DNA of 62,815 nt, taken from NCBI GenBank assembly GCA_051942205.1, contig JAVECO010000140.1, positions 1-62,815 on the forward strand, read 5' to 3'. The notes under the pieces were generated by a model. That model had not been told where the DNA came from and made no database searches. It worked only from the letters and a program-made list of their open reading frames with translations. The DNA comes from Coniocarpon cinnabarinum (taxonomy: Eukaryota). Positions within the stretch are counted from its first letter, which is position 1. Every line of letters starts with the position of its first letter. A program made the translations under genes and the position numbers. Shown piece after piece: positions 48,070 to 60,430 of this stretch.

Positions 48070-49601
48070 GGGAAGCCAAGATAGCAGTGTAGTCTACTGC
48101 ACTGGCTTTCGCAGTATGTGAGGACGTGTCATGCAACACGATAAAGATTCCATCGTCTTGCCTTTCCTCCCAACGGACCTTGTATCCATCACAAAGTCGC
48201 TTATGTAAGTTCCGCGCCAATGAGAGGCATAACATGTCATTTTTGACAAGACGCTGATTCTTCAGTAGCACACTTACTCCTCACCTTCCACCTCTAGGCC
48301 CCGATGCGGCAAGCTCGGCTCTCTTTCGCCGAGTAGCCAGCCCCTTGGCGAAGTAATCAGCCAGCGGACCGTAATGAATCACAAGCTACACATGCTGAAC
48401 GCCTCTCGAATTCCACGCAAATACAATTTCGCGGGACCTCGATACATGATCGACTTTAGTCTGCTCGAACGTCTCTGCAGTGATTGAAATTAGCAATGGC
48501 ACTATCATGGCTTGCTGAATGACAACCGATGAAGCTCAATGGATTTTGGCTCTTTCTATCTCCTAGATGATGCATGATGGCATCTATCGAACATGATGCG
48601 AACAAGGCTGCATGGAACGAAGTCTACTGATGCAGAAATACGTGCGCGTAGCTTCAGTGTTACGGATCATCTTATGCAGAACGACGTGAGCTAACTTCGA
48701 TCATTCTTCGATCCGCACATCAATGACGGTACGAATGAAGCACTCATCGTCGTCAGGAACAGCACCCGATCGTGGCTGCTGTTGCCCCACTGGATTGTGA
48801 CTGTGTGTACCCGCAAACAATTGTAAAGCGCCCTTCCTCTGTCGAGTCTGATTATCCTATGGATGCACGGAGAGTTTCAATTGCGCTGATTTTTCCGCCA
48901 GAACCTGGATTCTCCCTGGCCTCATGTTAATTATGTCAAGCTTACTTGCTGTGCGATAAACTAGGCGACCCTGACCTTCAGACGTGCAAGCTACCCGCAC
49001 TTAGGATGGACTCGTGCGACGGCCGTAGCCCGAACCCAGCTTTTTTTTTCTCCGAAGTGATACGATTTCCTGACTAAGTCTGGCTTTTAAGGTGGCTGTT
49101 TGCTTGTTGAACGGCTATGGATCGTTCGTCATGCTCAAAAGGAAATCGAAAGTGGCAAGGACATCGCAGAGTTGGACGCTCAGAAAGTTTGATTGATTGG
49201 GAATGCATTACATCCAAGATATGCATCCTGATCGCGAGACCTGTTCTTTCGTGCACACATTTGAACACATGTTTCAACGCTCTGGATCGTTTTTCATTTG
49301 ATGTCGGCACTTCGGCTTGAGGACTTTCTATGAGAGTATGGATCATCATTGAGGCCACCGTGCGCCTAGCTTTTACGGCTCCACGGAGTATTGTAAAGCT
49401 CGGTATTATGTGTGTCGAGGTTCGCAAGCGCATGAAACCGTGCAGCCAACTCGGAAAACTTCCTTACAGGTTCTTGAAGCGTCGTGTTTTTCAGGCAACT
49501 AAAGTCTTGAATGCTGGGGACTTTACGAGCCGTCATCTTCCTTGTCTTAAGAGAGCAGTCCAGATGAGTCGTCACGGCCGCGGGGACCGCGTCACGCACA
49601 T

Positions 49602-50183
49602 TCACACCGTTTCAAGACCTCTTCGTCTACGCCTCGGCCAGGTCGATGGCGTCCGTGGATGCGCTTCAATCCATATAGGCCTGTATTCTCCTCGAACGCA
49701 AACTTCCAGACCCGCAAACTCCATGTCGTTCACGACCTCGTTTAACTTTGTCCGAATGTGGTTGTCGGCATTTCCGCGTGTGCCCCATATTTTGTATCGC
49801 ACGATACACTCATGCTGACTGAGAATTCCGAGCACAGACGGCTCCTCTCGCGCATTTAATGATGGAAACGAACGGAGAAAATACTCATCGGTCCAGACTT
49901 TCCACGCGTATGCCAAGCTCTTGAGTTGAGAATCGTACATGTCGAGAGCGGTCCAATGTCGATGCACGTCAATAGTCACGATCGCTTGGACCTCATCTTC
50001 AGGGCCTGCTGGGGAAGTGAACCACTGCTCGGTGGCTTCTCTTCTCGTACTTTCTTCGGCTCTGAAGTGAGGACTGGAACTCGTCGTCTGCCCATAGGTC
50101 ACACCCGTGGAGACATTGTATGAGTCTGAGGTCTGCGTTTTGAAGCACAGCCTTCGTAACACAGAATGAAGAACCTGCAACAT
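49602..50183 (-). CDS. Possible orphan ORF (193 aa) or gene remnant
   Basis: ATG-initiated ORF with protein-like composition; no motif recognised. Confidence 0.3.
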   Translation of the reverse strand: MLQVLHSVLRRLCFKTQTSDSYNVSTGVTYGQTTSSSPHFRAEESTRREATEQWFTSPAGPEDEVQAIVTIDVHRHWTALDMYDSQLKSLAYAWKVWTDEYFLRSFPSLNAREEPSVLGILSQHECIVRYKIWGTRGNADNHIRTKLNEVVNDMEFAGLEVCVRGEYRPIWIEAHPRTPSTWPRRRRRGLETV

Positions 50184-51390
50184 TGGGATGCCAGCTAACC
50201 GTGTGCTCCAGTATTACTGTCGTGCAGATGCATGATGTAACGCAAATCCTCCGAGAATGTTTTGAATGATGCGCAGAGTGAACACGTAGGTGGATTAATG
50301 ATAATTCTCCGAATGACGGGTAGCTGACTACTTTGGAAAGTATTCTGGTTGGTCTACGAAAGAAGCGGGCCCTGCCGAATTTTCTTACTCTGTACAGCTG
50401 TTTCTCAGCCGCAGTACTAATTAGGATCTACAGGGCTAGTACATTTAGCTACCCTTCTGAGCGCGTGTTACGAAACCGTTGTCAGCCGCAGGTTTCTTCA
50501 GCATGACACGATCGCATAGCGCTCTCGTTCTTCACGATGGATACGAAACAGTTTAAATGTCGTCCTCCCATAACCGTGATCCTGCAACCTTCCACACACG
50601 CTGGGATCTGATTGTTCTGCTGACGAGTCTCGCTCTCCCATGGCAAGAATTAAACGTTCGTGATATGAAGAGGTGACATCATGAAGTCCCAGACTACAAC
50701 GTACATCTGGTCATGATTGCACATCTGCGCAGTAATTCACACAGTGCTAGTCACAATCTTGCTTGGAAGATTGCCAGCCTGCAACCACCTTACGCGTGCT
50801 ATTACAACTGCTTCGATTAACTCATCCACTGCTTCACACAAAGAGTCACAGTGCCTTGTCAACTGTCTGAAATCCAGAGCTTGTCAAGCTACATAGTCTA
50901 GCAATCAAACACCTCGTATTCTCCTTCCCCTGCGCCAGAGACCTTTGTAGCTTTTCGAATTCAAAATGTGCGTCGTCGTGCATGATTGCACGTGACTGGA
51001 CCGGCCCCTTACGACCCCTATGCGGGCGCCACCCCACAAACGAAACCATCCGCCTACTCGTAGACTTATAGCCTCTAAACTGAATAGGGCGATGTACTAC
51101 CTTGAGAAAGCCTAGCTTACCCGGATCCAGCATCATGAGCTACGTGAAACAATATTGTAAGACCTAAGAACGTCTGGAAGCCTCGAAGCGGCTCACTTGC
51201 TGGGGGCCGGGCGTCAGCTTCAGGTCTGGGCAACGGTGCACTTGCATGAGACTACTTATATAAACACACTATTCTCTCCACAGATATTGTTGACTTTGAA
51301 CCAAATTCACCTAAACCTGCACTTGCATTGTCCCTCAGAGTCTTTCACTGCACTCCGTCATTCAGATCGTAAAGACGTCCCGTCGCCAAA

Positions 51391-51961
51391 ATGCTCGATC
51401 ATCTCCAAATCTACACATCCCCCGCCCTCATTAAAGCAACCGTCGACTTTTACACCGCCGCGCTTGGACCCTTGGGGTATACACAGCAGGCCTCGTATAT
51501 GGATGGTGCCGTTGTGGGATTCGGCGATGGACAACGTCATCCTGACTTTTGGGTTGCATCGACTGCGGTGCAGCAGGGGCGGGAGGTGACGGTGGGATAT
51601 TGTCACTTTTCGTTTACGGCCAAAGGTGCGTCGTCGCTTATCAGGTGATCATGACTTCCGCGTGTGCGTGTCATCGGAGTTGGAAGTGAGTCTGTGTGTG
51701 TGTGGAAAGCATCGTGTGAGGCGATATAGAAGCGGGAGGGAGAGGAAGATGACTGAGAAGACGGCAGACGAGGGAGATTAGAGAGAAAGCTAATATAATC
51801 GCATAGATCACAAGACGGTGGATGAGTGCTATGGCAAGGGTCTCGCGGCTGGTGGCAAGGACAATGGCAAGCCTGGTCCAAGACCGATGTATGGACCGAG
51901 TTACTATGGGGGGTTTTTGCTTGATCCAGCAGGGAACGGGATGGAGGTTACTCACCGTTAG
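51391..51961 (+). CDS. Glyoxalase/bleomycin-resistance (VOC) family protein, 2 exons
   Basis: MLDH...FYTAAL.PLG...DFWV...HFSFTAK|D...GGKDNGKPGPRP.Y.PSYYGGFLLDPAGN. Intron 51626-51806; TATATAA at ~51257. Confidence 0.9.
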
Positions 51962-52343
51962 ATGGGTTGGGCGTGCGATGGCCTTGTCGCTCGAGAAGTG
52001 CACGCATACCAACTTGGGTTAGTGTTGGGATAGAGTGCCATGGTTGGACTTTAAGAACAAAAAGTTTTGTGTGCAAGAGGGTGACTTAATGCAGAGTATC
52101 AGCCTTCCATGTGAGCATGCTGTGGACCTCCTGTAATGGCAGAAAGCATGGTCCAAGGCACTGCCAGACATGAGAGAGTGTGAGTGGACTGTAAATACAG
52201 CCATGATATGTCTAAACGAGTGTGTATGATCTAAGCTCTATGAGTTCGAGATATACGTTCCTCTCCTTCGAGGCACTTGTGCTTTCGAGCTCTCTGACGG
52301 GAGTAAGCATTTCCTGAGAATCACTCATCAGGGGCTCACCCTC

Positions 52344-52781
52344 CTATCCTAGTCTCTTGAGCGCCTTCTCACGCTCCCGTTTTACCTCGCCGCTCGATCT
52401 ATCAGAAGATTTGTCAGTGCCGCCTGACCCTCGGTTGCCTGATCCTTCAGCTTTGCCCGACTTCTTTGACTCGCTGGAGGAGGAGTCGTCTTCAGAGTCG
52501 TCGCTGACATCGCCCTCTCCTTCCAATCTCCGCCGCGCTCTGTCGCGCCTCCTTTCAAGTTTGCCCTCGATTCTCTTCTTGGGGTGGAGGATGCTCGGTT
52601 TCTCTCCGCTCTGGCCGCTGCTAGAGGAGCTGAACTTGCTCTTGGATTCCTTGTCCCCCGACGAGCTGCTGCCAAGGGCGCTGAACATGCTCTTCGTCTT
52701 TGAGTTGGTTATATTAATATCGCCCTCTTGTCCGCCCGTGCCTTTGCCCTTGCCTGGGCCGGAACCGGAAGGTGCAGACAT
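52344..52781 (-). CDS. Small hydrophilic Ser/Gly/Lys/Glu-rich protein (145 aa)
   Basis: Good start context (AAAATGTCT), intact low-complexity ORF; no family recognised. Confidence 0.6.
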   Translation of the reverse strand: MSAPSGSGPGKGKGTGGQEGDINITNSKTKSMFSALGSSSSGDKESKSKFSSSSSGQSGEKPSILHPKKRIEGKLERRRDRARRRLEGEGDVSDDSEDDSSSSESKKSGKAEGSGNRGSGGTDKSSDRSSGEVKREREKALKRLG

Positions 52782-54721
52782 TTTAGCGGTTTGAGGATAG
52801 GGATAGTAGCGGGATTTGCGGTTCTATTCAGCACAGGGCGTATGGACCAGCAGGGATAATGAAAAATATTGGACAGGGCTTAGGGAGCTTGATGATGGCG
52901 CAAAAGTCGCAGACTTTTTGCGTGTTTTCTGAAGGAGACACTGGACCAGCAGTGAACAAGAGAGAGAAAGAGATGATAAGAGTGTGTCGAAACGAATATT
53001 CAGGAGGCTTGGAGTGATTGCTCGAGCCTATTAAAAATGTTGAATGCATTGTAGCCACGCTGGCATCGTGAAGACTGCGGTGCGATAGATAGATGCAAGC
53101 GTGATTGAAATGACGTATCGGATGTAGGGAATTCCATCCTGTCTGTCTAGAAGCGGCGATGGAAGCGAAGGGCATGTCAAGCCTTGGGCGCCGTAATGGT
53201 AGCTATCAAGCACACTGACCATGCTGATATATGCCAGACATCGCATGACGCTCCGAGGCGTCCTCGTCAAGGGCACGCAGCGCTGTGCTCGATGAAGGAT
53301 CTGTCGTTTGCAGCAAGTGACACTCGGGTCTTGGTGGGAATGTGACGTGGGATCCTGGTGTCGCCTCTACTACTGTAGACGTGGCTTCAGAAGGATCAAA
53401 GGCGACTCGCAGGGCCGTTGCAGCGCGCACGTAATGACGCACGGATTACCCTACACTTTGATCCTGCAGACTATGTGCCGGGTGGATCTGGCGAGACCGA
53501 GTGTGAAGATTGGCAGTGCGTCATGAATTGCGTGCTGAGGATGAATGGTAATGGCCATGGGGAATGTCATGCTTGAAACATCCATACCTCCTGAGCTAAC
53601 AGCCACAACAACGGTGTTGTTCCCTGGACCTACCCCTGAGAAGCCCCAGAGACAGGTGCGTGGGAAATCGAGTTTAGACCAAAGCGACCTTCCGAACCGC
53701 ATAGCTGCGAAACATTGGAATTCTATAATGATGTCAAGTTGCCGGCCATAGGGGCTGATTCCTCTTGCAGACGGATTCATTTGGCGAAGATTTCTCGGTG
53801 ACACCTCGCCGGCTAGCATCAACGGCCAACAACATTCTCGTGTCTTTTGCCAAGAGAGCTTCTCTGCAGGCCGTCCTCAAAGGCGGACAGGCTTCTGGAA
53901 TACCCCTTGGGACACCTGCACTCAGACCTGAAGCGAAATAGAAGAGGAAGCTCAAGCCAACCATGCTCCTTTTACGTTACGTTTCCACAAAATCATGTGA
54001 AACAGTGAGGAAGACCGCGGCGAGGTTTCGAGACGCCGCTGAGGATCAGTGAGCTGGACGATTCCCAACTCTACTCTCTTGCGCCATGGAGATAGCCCCA
54101 GCCCAGTCTCGGGCGAGACGGCAGTTTTAACATCAGCACGTCAAACGCTGCTTGCAGATCCCAAGTCTTCAATGCGCGACTCTGTCAACTGTGAAGCGTC
54201 ACCGACAGCAGTCGAGGCCTATGGGGGCCCTGACGACATCCTCCGGTCTACATTTCAGTGGCCGACGTTAGCGCACAGTGATCCTGATGGGAGACGTGGC
54301 ACAATCCTACAGCCTGAATCCTCATTCGGCCCTCGTCTATCAGGCGATCACGTTAAAGAAGACCACGTTGCAGCAAAATTCTAGCACGCGTCGCATCATT
54401 CCCGCGAGCAGGTGTTGTCGCCTGATGACACGATTCGGTCACGTGACGTTTCATCCCCAACAGGACGCAACGAGATCTCGCCAGCAGCTCGCTTCACCCA
54501 CATATCCCGCACCCCGGCTCCACATTCATATGTGCACCGACCGGAGTATTAAAAGTCCAGACCTCTCGAACGCGGCATCTTCGGGGATCATTCGCCCTCA
54601 ATCTTCTTAATCAACCTGATTGCATCTGCCAGACTTCTGAGAGGTCAGACGTTTGAATTGCCTTCTGAAAAGCAGTGAGATGAACCTAGAATCTGCCGGG
54701 ACGAAAGCGTCTCCGACCTTG

Positions 54722-55569
54722 TCACGTTTCATCTGCTCGAGTCTTCTCACCCGCGGCACGCATTAACACGCCTACCAGCCATTCTAAATGGCTGATTGTC
54801 AGGCAATGCCCGCCTCTTTCGTAAGTCTCTACAACATCAAAGGCACCTGGCGCCTGCTCTCGTGCTATACTAATCGTGTAACAGACGACTCTGGAGTGAA
54901 GGTTGTCTGATCTTCAGTCCTAATCACAAACGTTAAGGGAATTTAGCGCCACGCCACGTACGTCGTCTTGCTGGTATATACGCCCACACTCTGCGGCTTA
55001 ATCCTCGCAGCCCATTTGTCTCCTTCTTCTAAAGACATGTCATTATGGAAGATCTTCTTGGCATCTTCGTGATCAACATTGACGATGCCCTTCTGCACAA
55101 ATCCTCGATTGATTCACCCGTGTTGCATTGTGAATGATCGTGCTGAACTGCTCACCTCGGCATCTACTTTCATCCAGTCGGGATACTGAGCCCCACCAGC
55201 TGTGGGCTGAAAGCCTTCTGGCATAGCAAGTGACATAATGAAAACCAACCTGACTACGCCGCCTTCAAGACCTTGTTACTGACGCTCGTTCTTGCTTAGT
55301 CCGACAGGCGCTTCTATCGCTAGCATTCCGCTATATAAGTAAGAGACGAGCACTACGTCTTTTCCTTCAGTCACCACGAGTCTATTTAAGCAATCCCGGA
55401 TGACGTTCACGTCCCCCTCGAAGTTTTAATGCGGTGGCGACGCTCCCACAGAGGGCAAGACCATGGCTTCTGCAGGATATCCATGGTTCTTGAGGTGCAC
55501 CATGGTTTGTTCATAGATCTCGGGACCGTGCCATGCTCCTGGCACACAGAGAATGGTTGGGTTAGGCAT
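54722..55569 (-). pseudogene. Alpha/beta-hydrolase (Abhydrolase_6, methylesterase-like) pseudogene
   Basis: ILCVPGAWH, KDVVLV, VVRLVFI, YVAWR.IP.TFV, GGHC motifs. In-frame TAA at 55426, 55276 and 54943; a frameshift near 54870; nucleophile elbow degraded. Intron ~55093-55155. Confidence 0.88.
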
Positions 55570-56227
55570 CTCTACTGACGAATGATAGAAAGAAGATATA
55601 AAGCAAACCTTACTGCTGATAGGCACCTGGAAAGAGACCTTCGAAGGCTCACTGCATGGATATCTGAACGTGAGCACTGAACAGACACCCTCGGTATTTT
55701 CTCATTCGAGTAGGATTCTTGCATTCTCTTTTCACCCTCTTCTTCCCGAGACTTCCGACGCAAGCGGCTGGTGGCCAGAAAGTAAATGCTGAGTAAGCAT
55801 GTGCAATCACTTTTGTCTGCTTGTCGGTTCGCCTACGGGACGTTCCGATAAAGAAGACTCGTATACCATATATTTTGAATCTTGCCGCCCTTGTCAGAGG
55901 TAAAAGATCATATACCAACCAGTAGGAAGCAGTGCACCGTTCTGACGAGATTTTTATGCATGCTATAGGAGAGGCCTCAGCATCCTTGCGGTTCAATATC
56001 CCCGGCTTGTGTAAATAACATCAAAGAACCGCTCTCCACGTTCGAAGCTAAACGCCCTAATCTTGCTATGAGCCATCGTTCAGCGAGACTATATCTTGAG
56101 ATTCTCAGGTCTTCCATCCATTGCCATTGACCGAGCATCTGGAGATCCTGTAATGTTCGTAGTGACAAGCACATTATCACGGCCTGGCTTATGCAGATAA
56201 TTGAAGGTTCTCAGAGTAGATCATTTT

Positions 56228-56582
56228 TGCAGCAGCACACATATGCGTACACACCCTCGTCCGGGTTTAAGTCTACGCGGGCGCCTCGCCTCTTTTCGTA
56301 TGGTCATCACATTCGTGCTAGATCTATACTTCCTGCGTTACACATCGTAGAGGGCTCTACATATAGCTTAACTTAGTTTAGAGGTAGCGGTAGCATAGCG
56401 CGATAGTATATAGCGTATTTACTACTTAAGATTATGTCTCTCTTCGGCTCTTAGTAAAGTTAACGCGGCGGCTACTACACAGATAGTAGCAGTAAGGGCC
56501 ATATTATAGACCTTTACTAAGCTAAAAGAGTGTGTGTGAAAGGCGTAGATCCTACCTCGTTTCGGATGTATGTGCTGCTACA
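56228..56582. mobile_element. Possible RIP-degraded MITE-like relic
   Basis: TpA-rich core flanked by an imperfect 20-bp inverted repeat (56228-56247 vs 56563-56582, 16/20 match). Confidence 0.35.
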
Positions 56583-56838
56583 CCCCCGTTGTGTATTGGT
56601 CAAGTTGTAATGAGAGAAGTGAGGCGTAGTTGAGCCAGGGATGTAGCTTCGCCAAGACAAGCAACCGAGGCACGAGCGTCGTGGCGTCTTCTCACAACAA
56701 AATCACGTGAATGCAACGTCTACGACCTCAAATTGGTAGAACTCCTGGCATTTCATTTGCAAGCAGAGACTAAAGATATATACGTTGCTCGGATGCAAGA
56801 GAACTCTACGTGTCTCACTCACACCATATCACACATTC

Positions 56839-58181
56839 TCACAGAGTGCTCAACGTGTCCCTCTTCAAGCCGGGCAAGAGTGGTGTCAGGAATGGCTGCA
56901 CAACCGCTTGCCACACAGTCTGGTACAGAGGCGGTCCACCGCCACCAGCAGCAACGCCAGGCTCAAGACTTCCCAGTGGCTGTCCGTCGCCACAGCATGG
57001 AGCAGAAGTACCCCAGAAGGGACCTGCCGACCACAAAGCCCAGCCAATGTACTCGGGTTGGTCGTTGATGTAGTTGAGCAAGTCAGTCAACTCGTTCGCA
57101 CATTGCGTGTTGTTGGCTGCACCTGTCTCTGAAATCAAAGCCTTGAGGTTGTACTGCTGAAGCCAACTGGTCAAGCCTGCGAGGTTGCTTGGACCGGGCT
57201 GCGTGCAAGCTTGGTGGCTACCGGAGAAGTCAACGTCAAGGTACTCGTGGATGTCGATGGCTGTGTTGTCAAGAGGGTCTGAGATTTGGTAGAGGTAATC
57301 AGCCGAGGGCGCGTTTGCCTGGCCAGTTGTGGCGTTTGTGCCCGCGGATTGAAGCCAGGAATGGCCGCCTGTATAGCCGTTGCCGGGGGCTAGAATAAGC
57401 TGTTTGGCGCCGGCGGCACGGATACCATCGACCGCCGCTTGGTCGTCGGCGAGAACGAGAGAGGTGTCCATATCATGAGGCTGAATCCAAGGTCAGTCCT
57501 GAGTGCCTGGCAGCTACGCACGTGACGCAGAAAGTATTGGAAGATGAAGCATAGAATGACGAGAGGAACTTACCTCGTTCATGATACCGAAGATCACGAG
57601 ATCATTGTCCAAGAAACGCGTCGCAAGCTCTTGCCAGAAATCTTGGAAGTCTTGTGTTGTCGCGGCACCTGCTTGATTGGAGCCAATCACAGCTCCGGAA
57701 GTTGGTTGAGAAGATGGATCGCCATATCTCATGTAATTGTGTGGGTCAAGAATGGCATAAGCGCCTGATAGTGGAATCAGTATGCTGGAAATTGAGAGGG
57801 ATCGAGTAGAGTATACCATCTGTCGTTGTAATGTGGTCAATGGCATCCTTATACTCGCTGAAGTACTAATATGGTCAGCCCAGTTCATTAGACTTCACAG
57901 TGATCTTCCCCTACTGTTTCGTTGAATGTGCTGCCTAGGCCGGTCGCGGGTGGGCACATGCGCTCGAGTAGAAATGGTACCCGAAACAGGTTGATTTGAT
58001 TCTGCTGGGTATAGATGTCGACGGTAGACGGGTTGATGAATTCATATTGCACACCAAATTCGCCTGGCAGAATGTTCGACCCAAACTCACCACCACTTTC
58101 ATTGACACCAGCGTACTCGGTGTCAGAGAGAGCACGAGTGGCGAGGAAAGCAGCCGTCAAGAAGGAATTACGGAATGCCAT
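56839..58181 (-). CDS. Secreted GH5 (subfamily 5-like) endo-1,4-beta-glucanase, 4 exons, no CBM
   Basis: Signal peptide; AGVNESGGEFG, FRVPFLLER, ILDPHNY, acid/base FGIMNE|PHD, IHEYLD.D.SG, nucleophile LISETG, WSAGP.WG. TATATAA at ~58251. Confidence 0.92.
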
Positions 58182-59113
58182 ATTTTATGAGAAAAAGGAC
58201 TTGTTCGAATTGAAACTTGATCTTGGCATTGAGTGGCATCGTGGAGCTCATATATAATATATCGGACGAAGGGTGAGCTAGGATACCCTTTGACTTTCTC
58301 ATAGCTCTAATTGGAGGAAGTCGGTAGAATTACAAGCGCACAAAGGTACTACGGAAACGTCAAACAGCTGACCAGAACTCAATGACAAGGATATATTGTG
58401 GGACCCTATGTACTGTCACGACCAGGAAGATCATGTAGAATCTCGAATGCTGTTTCAAGTAAAGGCGAGCCGCAATAGGCGGGTGTTTCCCGGTAAATTA
58501 CGTGGATGAAAGTTAGTGTCTAATTAGGTGTGGGGATGGTGGGATGGGTTGATCACTACTGCAGGCGCAAGGCCACCGTGACGAAGCCAAAGAAGTGTGG
58601 ACGTCAGTATGACTGATGTGGCTGTCAGTAAGAGAGAAGGTAGCATAGTGAAAAGAGACAGCGGTTGAGAAGAGAGTTCAGATCCCTGTGAACGTGATGT
58701 GACATGGTCTGTAGATGCCGCAAGGCCGATCCCATCGCCTATTGGTGCTGTGTAGGCCTCGGTTGTCTGTTTACTCGACAAGTCGCTGGCTGGCGTCCGA
58801 CGGAAGACGCGGGGCGATTATCTGCAGTGGTGGCTTCGATTGATGGGCAAGATCTGGCACAATAATGATGTGGCCCAGAAGAAAAGATGTCGCAGCTGCA
58901 GTATTGTATGGAGATCGCGCTTGTGGCTGAGATGACAGTGTGGGGAACCCGGCTCATCGCGGAACATTTCCATTTTGCTCCCTAACCCCAGCATCTCAGG
59001 CATCAAGTCACGCCACTACGGAGTAGGTTAACAGCGCGACCAGGTCTTTCACGATTGCGATTGCGATTGCGCGAGGCGAGCAGCACTTGCATCCATTGAG
59101 GCGGATCGGAGCA

Positions 59114-59839
59114 ATGCCTCTCTCCTTGCTTAGCTCGCTCATCGCCATCTCCGCCACCATCACCCTCGTCATTGCATCACAGTCGCAATCCCTTACCATC
59201 TGGAATTGGCCTCTTTCCGCTTCCTCCCCATCTCCACTCGCAACCCTCACATACGACCCCCTCACCCTCAATACGACCACGACAGCCTACACTCCTCCCG
59301 TCTTCCTCTCCGATTCTGACTCCAAGAGCCCTGAAATTGTCCGCGTCGGCTTCTACGACCCCAAAGTCGGCGCCAAATCCTGGTCCGGCACCGCCACCTC
59401 TCTCGCCTCGTTTAATCCTCAGGCGCAACATCTCCTCTCATTGACCGTCGACCGCGACGGCGAACCTCGCTCCGTTTCCTTCCACGGCTTCCTCTCACCC
59501 CTCGATCCACGCGAGGAGCGCCGCCGCGCCAAACGCGAAGAGCGCGCGCGGAAACGTGAGGAAGAAGCTATAGCCGCGGGGAAAGTGCCCAAATCCAAGG
59601 CTGGACGCAACAAGCAGAAGAAGAACGATGTCAAGCGTGAGCAGCCGATGGTGGAGGTGACGCGGATGAAGGAGGGGAAGCGCCCGACGTTGAATAAGCC
59701 TGTGGTGGTTAATGAGGCCGGTCAAGTGGAGGGACAAGGACAGGAGAAGACGTTCTTGCAGAAGTATTGGTGGGCAATTGCAATTTTCTTGGTGGTGCAG
59801 TTGTTGGCTGGAGGAGCGGGGAAGGAGGAGGGAAAATGA
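59114..59839 (+). CDS. Type I membrane protein, ER membrane complex subunit 10-like
   Basis: Signal peptide, lumenal beta-rich region, P.LNKPV, EKTFLQKYWW followed by a TM helix. Confidence 0.75.
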   Translation: MPLSLLSSLIAISATITLVIASQSQSLTIWNWPLSASSPSPLATLTYDPLTLNTTTTAYTPPVFLSDSDSKSPEIVRVGFYDPKVGAKSWSGTATSLASFNPQAQHLLSLTVDRDGEPRSVSFHGFLSPLDPREERRRAKREERARKREEEAIAAGKVPKSKAGRNKQKKNDVKREQPMVEVTRMKEGKRPTLNKPVVVNEAGQVEGQGQEKTFLQKYWWAIAIFLVVQLLAGGAGKEEGK

Positions 59840-60430
59840 GGTCGGCAGGAGGACTGTAAGACAGGCGCGAACAAACAATGATGTCGACACAACGACGACA
59901 TTGCAGATATATGCAAGCTCTTCCCCGTCGGCATCACGCGAGCAGCATCTTTGCTTGGAAAACCAATCACAGCTATTCGATTACAGAAAAAGCAGCAACC
60001 TGGAAAGTGGCAGTGTAAGATAGGAGTATTCGCACAAGAAGGAGCAAATATGTAAGCGGCAAACGACACCACCGGCTTCTCACTGAGTGCTATCATTGTC
60101 GAGGCGATCATCATACCTGCTGTTTCAGATAATCGAGGTTCATCGGTCTGATGGACAGGACATGACCCATCCAGCTGCGAAACGGGCATTTGATATAGAA
60201 TAGACACTTGTACGAGCATGACCATTTTCAGCCTTGGAAGACAGAAGACTCGAGGAGTCAACTGTACGAACGGATGGGATACTGGGTCGTGTACATCATG
60301 ATCTATATGCGTATACTTTTCCCAAATTATATCACGGTTCATGAAATAGTCATTCGTTTCTCGATGAGCGTACTTTATACGCTTTTCTTTCAAAGACCTT
60401 GGAATATATTTTCGGGTTGCACCATTCCGT

